Shown here piece after piece: positions 47,371 through 57,200 of a stretch of DNA of 64,000 nucleotides. The DNA is taken from the IMG/VR virus record IMGVR_UViG_3300013126_000028, positions 1,595 to 65,594 of that record; one strand, given 5' to 3'. Each line of letters opens with the position of its first letter. The stretch's first letter is position 1. The notes under the pieces are model-generated. The model was not told the DNA's origin. It searched no databases and saw only the letters and a program-made list of their open reading frames with translations. The stretch comes from a virus (Duplodnaviria > Caudoviricetes). A program made the position numbers and the translations under genes.

Positions 47371-47644
47371 CTTTAGTTTTAATTGGAGGATAGTCGTATT
47401 CCAACTCCATTGTATCATACTCCTTGCTTCGGTCAACCACTGGTGGCATCTTTATTTTTTTTGGTTCGGGCCTATTTAATTTTTCTTCCATCATTTACTC
47501 CTTATTTACTAGCAAGTATATACAAACCTATATTAGCACCAGCATAACCAAGATAAGTGATAAACATACCAATATTGCCTTTATACAGTTGTTCACCACT
47601 AACGTACAAATATATTATTCCGGTAAAAGCAATAAGCCAAGCAC

Positions 47645-48571
47645 TCATACTGATACTCCTAAGTAATCTTGTTCGTATTTTTTAATGGAAAAATCTTTTT
47701 GTTTAAATTCATACTCTATGGTTATATTTTTAGAAAATAATTCTTCGTGGATTTCATACACATAATCACTATGAGCCTTATCTAAGGCGTGATCTCTGCC
47801 GTTACTAAAATGACAAAAGGGAACAATATTTCCCCATGTTTCTAAACACGCCGATATTGCACTTTCGGCAGATAAATTTTCGGGATTATTTAATCTAAAA
47901 TGATGCGAATCATATGTAATAGGGATTTTGGTGATGGGATGAAAAATATCTAATAGTTTAGCAACGCTCCATGCTGCTGCACGATCATCATTTTCTACAA
48001 TTAATCTACGTTGACAATTTTCATCAAGACGATGGAAGTTCTTGAGAAATCTTTCACTAATTTCTTCTCTAGTACCATCTTTACTATTTTGAATATGAAT
48101 ATTCATAGGGGAATTGTGATCTGCATTAAGACCAAAACGATCCATTAACTTATTCATTAGATTTAGTTCTTTGATAGTTTTCTCTACAGTTTTTTCATTT
48201 GGTGATGCAAGAACATTGAAAGCATCTGGATGTGAGGAAATTCTAATATTCGAATTTTTAATTGTCTCTTTTATACGGTCAAAAACATCTTGAATAAGAT
48301 CATGATTAGGAAGATCGGTTAGGTCTACATTAGCTTTATTATAACTAATCAATGGCATGAGATCGCTACTAAGACGATAATCCCACCCATTTTCTGCACA
48401 ATATTTGATAATTTCATTAGTAGCAATCATATTATTATGAATTCTACTACCAAGAATTTCTAACGCTTCTTCTCTAGGCAAACTAGAAAATCTCTTATAG
48501 GTCATAGTCTGAAAACTATAACCTTGTTCTTTGAGATTGAGCGAAATACAACAAAGACCCGGCTTGTTCAT
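47645..48571 (-). CDS. uvsE: UV-damage endonuclease
   Basis: GLCC, YRLSSD..P, RISSHP..F.VL.S, NIH, RL.VENDD, D.HH, HFS, AHSDY, E.K.KD. Confidence 0.9.
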   Translation of the reverse strand: MNKPGLCCISLNLKEQGYSFQTMTYKRFSSLPREEALEILGSRIHNNMIATNEIIKYCAENGWDYRLSSDLMPLISYNKANVDLTDLPNHDLIQDVFDRIKETIKNSNIRISSHPDAFNVLASPNEKTVEKTIKELNLMNKLMDRFGLNADHNSPMNIHIQNSKDGTREEISERFLKNFHRLDENCQRRLIVENDDRAAAWSVAKLLDIFHPITKIPITYDSHHFRLNNPENLSAESAISACLETWGNIVPFCHFSNGRDHALDKAHSDYVYEIHEELFSKNITIEYEFKQKDFSIKKYEQDYLGVSV

Positions 48572-48588
48572 GGATTCTCCTTTACCCT

Positions 48589-48616
48589 AGTATACTACAC
48601 TATCGAGCAAAGTCAA
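48589..48616 (-). promoter_or_regulatory. sigma70-like promoter for uvsE
   Basis: TTGACT-N16-TATACT. Confidence 0.7.
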
Positions 48617-48819
48617 GATGCAACTTGAGAAATTTCTTCTGCACTATGAATTTTCACCACATGAAATTCTATACTTGGTGAATACCAATTTTTAAATTGT
48701 TGAATAGCATCTTCCGATGAATTTGCAACAAATATTTGATTTATTAAGAGGTTTTGTTTATGGGGATCGTGAAGTTTATAAACCTGTGCTGTTACATTAT
48801 ATTCTTTCATAGTATCCAT
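48613..48819 (-). CDS. Hypothetical protein
   Basis: 68-aa ORF. Confidence 0.6.
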   Translation of the reverse strand: MDTMKEYNVTAQVYKLHDPHKQNLLINQIFVANSSEDAIQQFKNWYSPSIEFHVVKIHSAEEISQVAS

Positions 48820-49463
48820 TCTTTCTCCAATCCTCCTAATGCTTCACTAATTATCGGAAATTGTTCACAAAAGATCTTTTTACATTCTTTTGCAATAAGC
48901 ATATGTTCTTTCTGAGTTCCGTTCTTTTCTCTTAGCGCTATGTATGTTATCCATGATCTTAGAGTGCCATTCATATATAATCTTGTGGGGGTCGCTAAAG
49001 GCAATACAAATCTAGCACACTCTTTTGCTATTCCATCCTTAATCATCCCATCATATATCGCTTTGGCTTTTGAGAAATGTTCTCGTAGTTTACTATTCCA
49101 TCTGTAAATAATTTCTTGATCTATATCATCTATACTATTTTGTCTATTTTTAGTATCTTGCCGACGAAGTTCAAACAATGGAATTTCTTCTGCTAATAGA
49201 TTTGTATCAGCATACCTTTGACTGAACTCTTGAAAATTGAAACTTCTATGTCGCAAAATCTGTGCAGCCAAACCTCTAGTTGTATTTATCTCTAAATTAA
49301 GATTAGCCATTTCAAAAATAGACCAGTGTTTGTGATCTATACAATATTTTAATAGTTTTGATATATTATTATTGTCTTGATTTTTTGGATTACTTACTCT
49401 AGCACAATAGGCTATGTGCTTTTCTGCATCTGGCGTTACACTAATCAATTTTACATTACTCAT
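48807..49463 (-). CDS. thyX: Flavin-dependent thymidylate synthase
   Basis: ARVS, HWSIFE, QILRHRSFNFQEFSQRY, ECARFVLP, TQKEH. Confidence 0.95.
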   Translation of the reverse strand: MSNVKLISVTPDAEKHIAYCARVSNPKNQDNNNISKLLKYCIDHKHWSIFEMANLNLEINTTRGLAAQILRHRSFNFQEFSQRYADTNLLAEEIPLFELRRQDTKNRQNSIDDIDQEIIYRWNSKLREHFSKAKAIYDGMIKDGIAKECARFVLPLATPTRLYMNGTLRSWITYIALREKNGTQKEHMLIAKECKKIFCEQFPIISEALGGLEKEWIL

Positions 49464-49696
49464 ATTTGATCCTCAGTGTAAGATATTTCAAACTCTTCCA
49501 ATGGACATACTTCCATATCCCATATTCCATTTTTTAATCCAAATCCTAGAATAATTCCACTTTTTTCCCAATTGTATAAATACTCTGTTGATAATATCCT
49601 TTTTACGGGTTTATTGTAGTCGTTTACACTACCATCAAAAACCTCAGTTCCAGCATCAAACCACTCGTCTTTTTTAGAAATGAACTTGACATACAT
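49460..49696 (-). CDS. Hypothetical protein
   Basis: 78-aa ORF, ATGA-coupled to thyX. Confidence 0.65.
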   Translation of the reverse strand: MYVKFISKKDEWFDAGTEVFDGSVNDYNKPVKRILSTEYLYNWEKSGIILGFGLKNGIWDMEVCPLEEFEISYTEDQI

Positions 49697-49843
49697 TATT
49701 TTTTATTCCACCACTTCATTGTTTTGTCCCATAACGGTTTAAAAAAGTATACTGTAATTACACTAGATATTCCACCAATAACACCATTAGTTACTGCTAC
49801 TGGTATTACAACACAAGTATAAACAAAATTCTTTTTTGGATTT

Positions 49844-50092
49844 TTAGTAGTCACTGATACTGGCTTTTTTCAGTTCTAAATTTTCTTGATATGTTTTTTG
49901 ATGTTCAACCCATTTGTTTTCTGTTAAGTGATTGTAAATTGCTCTAGCGAGTTTGCTAACACTAGAAGCAACACCACCATCTTTAATATCATTAGAACTA
50001 TTTTTTTTCCAATAGTATTGATTATCTTCTTCATCTTTAACTACAGTATACCCTTTGTCTTTACTCCAACGCTTTACCTCATTCCATAACAT
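49844..50092 (-). CDS. Hypothetical protein
   Basis: 82-aa ORF with AGGAG RBS. Confidence 0.65.
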   Translation of the reverse strand: MLWNEVKRWSKDKGYTVVKDEEDNQYYWKKNSSNDIKDGGVASSVSKLARAIYNHLTENKWVEHQKTYQENLELKKASISDY

Positions 50093-50111
50093 AGTTTTCT
50101 CCTAGCAACTC

Positions 50112-50139
50112 ATATTACCAGATTGTACTGGTTTGTCAA
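50112..50139 (-). promoter_or_regulatory. sigma70-like promoter
   Basis: TTGACA-N16-TAATAT. Confidence 0.6.
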
Positions 50140-50156
50140 CAGTGTCGTGTCTTGTT

Positions 50157-50582
50157 TCATTTTTGTAAAGACTCTTGTGCTGAATATTTTAATTTACTAT
50201 TAAATCCGTCTGCAAAAGCCGTTATATAACACTCTCTCAATTGATTTACTTTTTCTGGATCAAAATATACAACATCAGGATTTTTTCTTATCCATTTGAT
50301 AAAAGATTTTTCTTCATCACAAAGATCATCAAAACTATCGTATAATTCGTCATAATTATATTTTTCTATGTAACCACTATCATCTATACAATCTAGTTCT
50401 GCCGATATAATCTTGCCGTTATTGTATTTAAAACTATAATTTTGTACTGTTATTTTGTCTCCACAGATATTATATACTAATGATCCAAAATGGATATTAT
50501 ACAGTGAATTAAGAGATAGTCTCATCTTTCTTCTTGTTTCTAATATATATTTTATTAATACCACTAATAAGTTCAGGATCAA
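50157..50582 (-). CDS. Hypothetical protein
   Basis: 141-aa ORF, real start probably at MRLSLN. Confidence 0.6.
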   Translation of the reverse strand: MILNLLVVLIKYILETRRKMRLSLNSLYNIHFGSLVYNICGDKITVQNYSFKYNNGKIISAELDCIDDSGYIEKYNYDELYDSFDDLCDEEKSFIKWIRKNPDVVYFDPEKVNQLRECYITAFADGFNSKLKYSAQESLQK

Positions 50583-51132
50583 GATTATTTAAGATGAACG
50601 CATCATCATTGTCTGTTACGTATGCTTGTATTTCATCATTAACAACATCTTCATGATAACCCTTATCTAAGATATGTTTTTTTATTTTTCTAAATTTAGT
50701 TTTATTTTTACTAATAAACTCATCAATTTCATTCTTATACTTTACTGAATATCCATACATAGCATGACTTAGTTCGTGTCTTAATGTGCTGTTGTTTTGA
50801 GCCCCTATGATATAAAAATCATCATATCTGTACTTTAATAGATCGAGCAACTCTTTTTCATATGATGTAAGAGGATCAAAAAGTCCTTGTCTAAAAGGAA
50901 CTAATACTTTACTGGGAAAATTAAATCCAACCCAAGTTGTGCTATATAAATCTGCTCCGTACTCTACACTATAAAAGTTTTTAATTTGACCAAGAGTAAA
51001 TATTTGATTGCGGAATTTTTCGGTTGGATGTTCAAAAAACTCTTGGAATCTTATGAAAGTTTCGCCCAACTCCCTTTGAGAGTCAGCACTAACCCATACA
51101 CTATTATATGGTTGTTTTTTAACTTTTAACAT
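50509..51132 (-). CDS. Zincin-like (HExxH) hypothetical protein
   Basis: RFQEFFE, GFNFP, HELSH, DEIQAY. Confidence 0.65.
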   Translation of the reverse strand: MLKVKKQPYNSVWVSADSQRELGETFIRFQEFFEHPTEKFRNQIFTLGQIKNFYSVEYGADLYSTTWVGFNFPSKVLVPFRQGLFDPLTSYEKELLDLLKYRYDDFYIIGAQNNSTLRHELSHAMYGYSVKYKNEIDEFISKNKTKFRKIKKHILDKGYHEDVVNDEIQAYVTDNDDAFILNNLDPELISGINKIYIRNKKKDETIS

Positions 51133-51924
51133 TTAAGTCCACAAGTGATTTCTAATTTTTATTAATTCAATAAGCATCTTTGTATCTTCATAATCATATT
51201 CTTGTTCCAAAATTCGTACTTTTTCATACAGTTTTTCTTTTTCTTTAAACTTTTTATTATCTAGAATATCTTCAATATCTCCAAGATTATCATTGTCGTA
51301 TGGATTTTTTCTTTGTGGTCGAACATATTTCCACCATTCGTACAACTCTTTAATTTTGCTTGATCTATTTAAGTCGTTCATTGATGTTTCATAGTCATCC
51401 ATAAGACCAGCACGAAAAGAACTAGTTTTTGGTTCAGTTGCCGCTTTTATCCTGGCGTCATCAAAATTCTTTTCTATAGACTTAAAGTAATCGTATGCTG
51501 CCTCAACGCATCGCCCGTTCTTGAATTCGTATTTTTTATTACTACCCCATTTCATTGAAGCAGCAAGTTCCGACTCTACAAAATCTACCAACTCATTAAA
51601 TAGAGCATGAATAATTCTGTAGTCAAAATCATAGTATCTTCCAGGAACTAAGCCTGTTTTTAAATAGTGGATCTTGTCTATGTATCTGTTACGAATATAA
51701 ATTCTAATTGTCTCGTACAAATCATACGGGAAATAAATTATATTTTGCAACCTGTTAAGAAGGGTGTCGCTCAACCAGTATCTAAATGGTCTTTCTTTTT
51801 TTTGTTTTTCTCTCCACTCTCCCCATTCTCCCCACTCAAGAGCAACAGGCTTATCTTCACCCCTAATCCAGTTGGCGAATTTAGAACAACTCCAATAGTG
51901 AATTCTACTTCTTAAGAGTCTCAT
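51133..51924 (-). CDS. Phage hypothetical protein
   Basis: 263 aa; F..LVDFVE.E, I.ELY.WWK..RP.R, MLI.LIKIR..LWT. Confidence 0.75.
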   Translation of the reverse strand: MRLLRSRIHYWSCSKFANWIRGEDKPVALEWGEWGEWREKQKKERPFRYWLSDTLLNRLQNIIYFPYDLYETIRIYIRNRYIDKIHYLKTGLVPGRYYDFDYRIIHALFNELVDFVESELAASMKWGSNKKYEFKNGRCVEAAYDYFKSIEKNFDDARIKAATEPKTSSFRAGLMDDYETSMNDLNRSSKIKELYEWWKYVRPQRKNPYDNDNLGDIEDILDNKKFKEKEKLYEKVRILEQEYDYEDTKMLIELIKIRNHLWT

Positions 51925-52145
51925 AAGTCTATATCTATTTGATGCTGATTTAGTAGGTTATAAAACTCTTCTCTGATCTTATCCAGAGCATCGTCTGCAC
52001 TTTTAAAATCATGATGATATTTCTGCCACGAACGAAGCTGTTGACTAAAATCCCACAACATACGTTGAGCGTTAGGTGCTTGGCTCATCACCTTATACTC
52101 ATTTTCTTCGTCTGGAAGATTAAATGTGAATGTTGCTTTTGGCAT
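51921..52145 (-). CDS. Phage hypothetical protein
   Basis: MPKA...FNLP.E, LR...KY. Confidence 0.7.
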   Translation of the reverse strand: MPKATFTFNLPDEENEYKVMSQAPNAQRMLWDFSQQLRSWQKYHHDFKSADDALDKIREEFYNLLNQHQIDIDL

Positions 52146-52147
52146 AA

Positions 52148-52699
52148 CTATTCCTTTCCTAATGCTTTTGTACTAAAATCTACTTTATTCTTTTCTTCGC
52201 TTTCGTAAAGAGATATCCATTTATCAATTAATTGTATTTCTATTTCTTCTGCAAATAATTCATAATCTTTAAAGTTATCCCCATCATATATTCTAAGAAA
52301 ATACGCTTCCCTAAAAGGGCTATATAGTAGAAAACCCTTTTTATTTTTGGCTGTTTTTTCTTCGTATTTTATAATATCGCCAAACATAATAGATTTAATT
52401 GTCCACCCAAGTTTCATAAGATCAAGACTTATTTCTTCTGTTACAACACTTTCTGCTACATATCCTTCTTTGTTACTCATGCCAGAACAGTAGAAATCAA
52501 TATAGGTTTCTCCTTTATTTCTTAAATCAGCAACTATTCCAGCAGCACTTCTCCAAGAACAACTCCATTCTTCATCACCATAAAAGAATCTGTTATTACA
52601 AAGACTGGAGTATAAGTTTTGGCTATATACATCACTATGTATGCACTTGTTAGCGATTTCGTCGCTTTTCATTAAATCTAATTCAAGATTAGGTTTCAT
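52148..52699 (-). CDS. Hypothetical protein, possible two-domain fusion
   Basis: N-domain Y.QNLY..LCNN..WSCSWR..YIDFYCSG..LGW, then an unrelated-looking C-domain. Confidence 0.7.
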   Translation of the reverse strand: MKPNLELDLMKSDEIANKCIHSDVYSQNLYSSLCNNRFFYGDEEWSCSWRSAAGIVADLRNKGETYIDFYCSGMSNKEGYVAESVVTEEISLDLMKLGWTIKSIMFGDIIKYEEKTAKNKKGFLLYSPFREAYFLRIYDGDNFKDYELFAEEIEIQLIDKWISLYESEEKNKVDFSTKALGKE

Positions 52700-52700
52700 A

Positions 52701-52925
52701 TTAATTATTACTTTTGCCTTTCCATTCTGGAAACATATTCATATCTAGTTTACCCAATAGTAATTTAGATGGCTTATCTGCTAGATTACGAATAGCATAA
52801 CATTTGTGACCAGTTTCATCATAGCCACAGTCTATAATATCATACTCTGTAACGCTATGCAACATTTGAACAAGTTGTTCTATTTCTCTCATAGGGTTGC
52901 TAGTGCTTTCGTGTTTAAATATCAT
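52701..52925 (-). CDS. Hypothetical protein
   Basis: 74-aa ORF directly after a promoter. Confidence 0.6.
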   Translation of the reverse strand: MIFKHESTSNPMREIEQLVQMLHSVTEYDIIDCGYDETGHKCYAIRNLADKPSKLLLGKLDMNMFPEWKGKSNN

Positions 52926-52931
52926 TATTGT

Positions 52932-52960
52932 ATAATATCAGACTGTCTGGCTTTTGTCAA
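52932..52960 (-). promoter_or_regulatory. sigma70-like promoter
   Basis: TTGACA-N17-TATTAT. Confidence 0.6.
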
Positions 52961-52996
52961 GAGGCTAGTGAATAATTTCTCAAATTGATCCACGAC

Positions 52997-53281
52997 TCAA
53001 TCAGTAACTTGACGATTAACTTGATCCCAAAATTGACCCTCAACTTGATAATAAACTTGATCTCTAACTTGATGATCAACTTGAATATAAACTTGATTCA
53101 TAACTTGAAGATAAACTTGATCACAAACTTGATTCAAAACTTGACTCAAAACTTGACGATGAACTTGAAGACTAACTTGACGATCAACTTGACTATAAAC
53201 TTGAAGACTAACTTGATCCATAACTTGATTCAAAACTTGACGATGAACTTGACCCTTAACTTGATCTTTTAAATTTTTCAT
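52997..53281 (-). CDS. QV-repeat protein (94 aa)
   Basis: MKNLKD(QVxx)n. Confidence 0.7.
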   Translation of the reverse strand: MKNLKDQVKGQVHRQVLNQVMDQVSLQVYSQVDRQVSLQVHRQVLSQVLNQVCDQVYLQVMNQVYIQVDHQVRDQVYYQVEGQFWDQVNRQVTD

Positions 53282-53475
53282 TTGAGGTCTTTCTTAACTT
53301 GACCCCAAACTTGACTCCAAACTTGAAAATCAACTTGACTCAAAACTTGACGCTCAACTTGATGATAAACTTGATCTCTAACTTGATAATCAACTTGACG
53401 ATTAACTTGACTCCAAACTTGCTCTATAACTTGATCCCTAACTTGATCCCTAACTTGATCCTTTAAATTTTTCAT
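53278..53475 (-). CDS. QV-repeat protein (65 aa)
   Basis: MKNLKD(QVxx)nKKDLK; ATGA overlaps. Confidence 0.7.
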   Translation of the reverse strand: MKNLKDQVRDQVRDQVIEQVWSQVNRQVDYQVRDQVYHQVERQVLSQVDFQVWSQVWGQVKKDLK

Positions 53476-53549
53476 TTGAGATCTTTCTTAACTTGACGAT
53501 AAACTTGATCCATAACTTGATTATAAACTTGACCTTTTAAATTTTTCAT
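53472..53549 (-). CDS. QV-repeat peptide (25 aa)
   Basis: Manual: MKNLKGQVYNQVMDQVYRQVKKDLK*, ATGA overlaps both sides. Confidence 0.6.
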   Translation of the reverse strand: MKNLKGQVYNQVMDQVYRQVKKDLK

Positions 53550-53731
53550 TTGAGGTCTTTCTTAACTTGATGATTAACTTGAACCCAAACTTGATTAAAA
53601 ACTTGAAGATCAATTTGATCACAAACTTGACGATCAACTTGACGATTAACTTGACTCGAAACTTTCTCTATAACTTGCATATAAACTTGAAGATAAACTT
53701 GACCCATAACTTGATATTGTAACGTTTTCAT
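53546..53731 (-). CDS. QV-repeat protein (61 aa)
   Basis: MKTLQY(QVxx)nKKDLK. Confidence 0.7.
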   Translation of the reverse strand: MKTLQYQVMGQVYLQVYMQVIEKVSSQVNRQVDRQVCDQIDLQVFNQVWVQVNHQVKKDLK

Positions 53732-53784
53732 ATTTTTTAACTATATGCTGACCTCAAGATATTCAATATTGGGGTAAATAAACT

Positions 53785-53820
53785 AAAAAAGCTTATACAA
53801 AATTGCTTTCGTATAAGCTT
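53785..53820 (-). terminator. Intrinsic terminator
   Basis: AAGCTTATAC-N12-GTATAAGCTT followed by T-run. Confidence 0.65.
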
Positions 53821-53847
53821 AATTAGTTTTTCAAAGAGTAATAAAAA

Positions 53848-54297
53848 TCAATCCTTAGCCCTACGCTCTCTCTCTAGTTCACGATCATATTCTCGCTGAT
53901 AATAACACTGAACATTAAATCCAGCAGGAATTGTGACATTCCCGTGAGTAGGATGCAAAACCGTGACCTCCTTTGAGATTACCAAAAATGGCCCCTGTAA
54001 AGTTTCTTCATTCCACTTTGAGGGAACGTACATTTCCACACCATCAAGAGTATCAAGGCAATGCTTTGATCCTACAGTATTACCTGGAACAAGTTGTACT
54101 GTTTTATTGTCTGGCTTAACATACCCTTGAGGTATATTTTCATTATCTACAACAACCAAACCAAGATCACCCTGCCAAATACAATCTCCAGAAGTGGACG
54201 CTTCTGTAAATCTCAGTGGCATCCCAGGGTAAACCTTTTCACAACCATCAGCGATGCTTCTGCAATGCTGTTCAATATCGTCAATTACGCTATTCAT
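53848..54297 (-). CDS. QGD/His-motif protein, typical partner of DUF6745-like genes
   Basis: WQGDL, G...GS.H, LHPTH..V.IPAG, YQREY. Confidence 0.7.
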   Translation of the reverse strand: MNSVIDDIEQHCRSIADGCEKVYPGMPLRFTEASTSGDCIWQGDLGLVVVDNENIPQGYVKPDNKTVQLVPGNTVGSKHCLDTLDGVEMYVPSKWNEETLQGPFLVISKEVTVLHPTHGNVTIPAGFNVQCYYQREYDRELERERRAKD

Positions 54298-54318
54298 TCT
54301 ATTTCCTTTCTTAAGAAA

Positions 54319-55164
54319 TTAAGTTCTACCAATTACATTAAACTTTAAACCACCACCCAACCAAACTTGAGCCTCTTCGCAATTTTTAATACCATCTTCT
54401 ACTCCAAGAGAAAAAATCCTACCAGTAGGACAGGTAACTATTAATCTCGTCCCCCCAATAGGTGATTTATATAGAGCTTCTTTAGTTCCTTCTATTTCGT
54501 TATGTCTACTATCAATCAGTTGGGCATTACTTTCTTTCAAATATCTAGTCCATCCAAAACGATTAATCATAATACTACGAACATCTTGATTAGTCTCAGA
54601 ATTGATTTCTTGTACTGTGAGAGTTTCTGGATTCATCACTATTTTTTCATTTAGTAATACTCCATTTATAGCCCATACACTATAACCATCACGATACTTT
54701 ACAGCAGCACCAAATTCATTGTGTAGTCTGAAATTTTCATCAGTATGAAGTTCTGAATGACGATGCTGAAAAATAACACAAGTATCGTAAGGCGACCACC
54801 AACCACAATTTTTTGCTAGACCAATAAGACCTTCTAATCTTCTACACTCTTCAATATCTAAAACCTCTAACATAAAATCATAATATGAAAGCCAACCAGC
54901 ATCATGATATCCAAATGCTTGATTACTAATAGATAGAGTATTACTAACTTGTAGTTTTGCTTCTAGTTTAGCACACTCGACGGGACTACTCACTAAATAG
55001 AATGTTTCTGGACATTCAAGACCAGCACTAGCATATGCTAGTCTAGCATAATATTTGCTCTGCTCAAAATCACAAGGCTCACAAGATCTACCAATAGATA
55101 TCCACTTGTCTCTATAAACTGATAGCAACTGTGTCTGTTCTGGTGTAAGTTCTTTAATTTTCAT
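54319..55164 (-). CDS. DUF6745-like protein
   Basis: I..LTPEQ...W...G, SP, G.HDAGWLSYYDF, GWW.P, LH...G.A..Y.DG...A..GV, E.N..VR..M...G..RY. Confidence 0.7.
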   Translation of the reverse strand: MKIKELTPEQTQLLSVYRDKWISIGRSCEPCDFEQSKYYARLAYASAGLECPETFYLVSSPVECAKLEAKLQVSNTLSISNQAFGYHDAGWLSYYDFMLEVLDIEECRRLEGLIGLAKNCGWWSPYDTCVIFQHRHSELHTDENFRLHNEFGAAVKYRDGYSVWAINGVLLNEKIVMNPETLTVQEINSETNQDVRSIMINRFGWTRYLKESNAQLIDSRHNEIEGTKEALYKSPIGGTRLIVTCPTGRIFSLGVEDGIKNCEEAQVWLGGGLKFNVIGRT

Positions 55165-55173
55165 TTTAATTCC

Positions 55174-55398
55174 TTATGCCCTTCCATCTCTTATCATCTT
55201 AATAAATTCCACAACATATCGCGCCGTATCCGGCACATTATATCCACCAAAAAAATAACATCCGGTAAAATCATACATATGCTGCACATTACTGTCTCTA
55301 ATATACTCTTTATGATATTCGTCGCCATACTCCATATAAATATAGTCGGCAACTTTACCCATAAAGTTTGTGATTGTAAAAACTACAGAATTATTCAT
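55174..55398 (-). CDS. Hypothetical protein
   Basis: 74-aa ORF. Confidence 0.6.
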   Translation of the reverse strand: MNNSVVFTITNFMGKVADYIYMEYGDEYHKEYIRDSNVQHMYDFTGCYFFGGYNVPDTARYVVEFIKMIRDGRA

Positions 55399-55664
55399 TA
55401 GTATCCACCATCAATTTCATAGTAGTCGGGATGAGAAGTATTTCCAGCGGGATTTTTATATCCGTCAAGATTAAAACACTGACACATAGTATCGTGAAGT
55501 TTTTGTGCTTGAAGATTAAGCATAACCTTTAGACCTTCTATAGCATTTACTATTTCATCATTAGTTAGATCATGCTCCAGAATACCTTCACTAAGAGTAC
55601 CTAGTTGGTCTGAGAAAGTATACAGGGTACTAATTTCGTTTTCAAGATCAAATCGGTTTTTCAT
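55398..55664 (-). CDS. Phage hypothetical protein
   Basis: RFDLE..I, DEI.N...GL. Confidence 0.65.
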   Translation of the reverse strand: MKNRFDLENEISTLYTFSDQLGTLSEGILEHDLTNDEIVNAIEGLKVMLNLQAQKLHDTMCQCFNLDGYKNPAGNTSHPDYYEIDGGY

Positions 55665-56331
55665 AATTTATTCTCACTTCTCCATTATTTATAGTAATAA
55701 AAGAACACGAACTTTCTGTCCAAGAACCGCTATTGTAGTAGTATACCATATCCTTTTTGGTTGTCAAGGCCAAGTGCGTATGACCACAAATAACAACGTC
55801 ACACTTTTTACTTTTACAATACTCTATCGCTCTTTCTGCTATTTGTTCTGAACATCTTAAAAAGGTTTTACTTTTTCTTTTGAGCAGATTGGAGTAATAG
55901 TATTCGTTTTTATGAAAGCGGTCATATTTTTGTATTAGTCTGTAAATTTTGTCGGCAAATTTTGTAACCAATGGATATTTTGAAATAAAATTATCAAATA
56001 TATCACCGTGAAGAATTAATATTTTTTTACCTGCGCTACTAATAATTATTTCATCAACAAAATCTACCCCAATAAGATGACTTACTAATTCTGCTGGCCC
56101 ATCGTGATTACCTCCGATCCACACCACCTTTATCTTATCGGACAGTTGCCTCAACTTCTTTAATATTTTCCAGTGATCCTTGCATAGTCTCCTAAAGTCC
56201 CAACTGTCAAATAAGTCTCCATTAATAATTAGAGTATTTGTTTGTATTTTATCAAGAAATTTAGATAAAAGGTCTGCTCTGCAAATATCACTCCCTAAAT
56301 GAATATCACTAATAATAGTAGTTTCATTCAT
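55648..56331 (-). CDS. LpxH-like metallophosphoesterase
   Basis: ISDIHLG, GDLFD.W, GNHD, HGD.FD, GHTH, NSGSW. Confidence 0.85.
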   Translation of the reverse strand: MNETTIISDIHLGSDICRADLLSKFLDKIQTNTLIINGDLFDSWDFRRLCKDHWKILKKLRQLSDKIKVVWIGGNHDGPAELVSHLIGVDFVDEIIISSAGKKILILHGDIFDNFISKYPLVTKFADKIYRLIQKYDRFHKNEYYYSNLLKRKSKTFLRCSEQIAERAIEYCKSKKCDVVICGHTHLALTTKKDMVYYYNSGSWTESSCSFITINNGEVRINYEKPI

Positions 56332-56639
56332 ACGAGCATCTGTTGTATACCTTCAAGAACATATTTGCGAACATTTTTATTCATATTGTTTATTAGAATA
56401 TGATTTTTAATAAAGTCTTCGCCTTGTTCTTTAACAATAACGCCCAACAAATTTCTAATCCAGCCCTTAGTAACAGTACGAACATTCTCAAAATCTAATT
56501 CCACATTAAAACCCAATTCAATTTGTTCGAGAATATCTTTTCGTAATTCGGCTGCTAGTTTTGTGCTAGACAAATCTGATCCATATATTTCTTGTATATG
56601 ATAGTATATTAGTGGGCCTTTCATTTCTTTTTTCTCCAA
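56328..56639 (-). CDS. STAS-like (DUF4325-like) protein
   Basis: L.S...A..LR..I, V.LDFENV. Confidence 0.65.
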   Translation of the reverse strand: MEKKEMKGPLIYYHIQEIYGSDLSSTKLAAELRKDILEQIELGFNVELDFENVRTVTKGWIRNLLGVIVKEQGEDFIKNHILINNMNKNVRKYVLEGIQQMLV

Positions 56640-56692
56640 AACTTATCGATATGACCCGCCATTATACATCCATAATTAGTGATCTTCTTATG

Positions 56693-56998
56693 TTAACAAT
56701 ACTTGTGATATCCGGGCGGAAGATCTTTGTCAATTAGATTTTGACGTTCTTCTCTAAGACCCGCTATTTCTAAACGCTGGGTTCGTATTTCATTTTTTAA
56801 ACTTTGAATCAGAAACTCTTTGTTAAGTTCTCCAGCCTCATATCCAGCGTCAAAAGACGCTTTTAACCAAGGAACAACAGTATTAGTCCAATAATATGCT
56901 GAGTCTTTAGGAACAGATGTTAAATCGTCGTATGCTCTTTCCATTCTAAGAGCAAAACTTTCAATATCATTGATCCAATCGTTAAATGTTCTTATCAT
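56693..56998 (-). CDS. Hypothetical protein
   Basis: 101-aa ORF. Confidence 0.65.
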   Translation of the reverse strand: MIRTFNDWINDIESFALRMERAYDDLTSVPKDSAYYWTNTVVPWLKASFDAGYEAGELNKEFLIQSLKNEIRTQRLEIAGLREERQNLIDKDLPPGYHKYC

Positions 56999-57200
56999 TC
57001 CACTGTTTCTCTAAATATTCTAAAGTATACTTTACTACACTGTCATCATAAAAACAATCTAAGTCAGTTTGGGTAATTTTTTTATATAGGTCTGGACGAA
57101 CATTGTATAATATATTCATTATACTTTGACCATATCTTAGTTCAAGTTCATTTTCATGGTAAAAATTATCAGCTTTTTGTAGGAATTGTTCAAATGTCAT
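56982..57200 (-). CDS. Hypothetical protein
   Basis: RYGQ..MN.L...RP...D.FY.D. Confidence 0.65.
   Translation of the reverse strand: MTFEQFLQKADNFYHENELELRYGQSIMNILYNVRPDLYKKITQTDLDCFYDDSVVKYTLEYLEKQWNDKNI

Larger units (their letters stand above)
52997..53731 (-). repeat. 12-bp periodic coding repeat (CAAGTT plus 6 variable nt) across four mini-genes
   Basis: aacttg recurs every 12 nt on the + strand. Confidence 0.9.

Noticed and set aside
52985-53272. Plus-strand NL-repeat ORF
   Set aside because: Antisense shadow of the QV-repeat gene; starts, stops and ATGA coupling support the minus strand.
52985-53731. Possible CRISPR array
   Set aside because: Period is 12 bp with a 6-bp constant core and preserved reading frame; no repeat-spacer architecture and no cas genes.
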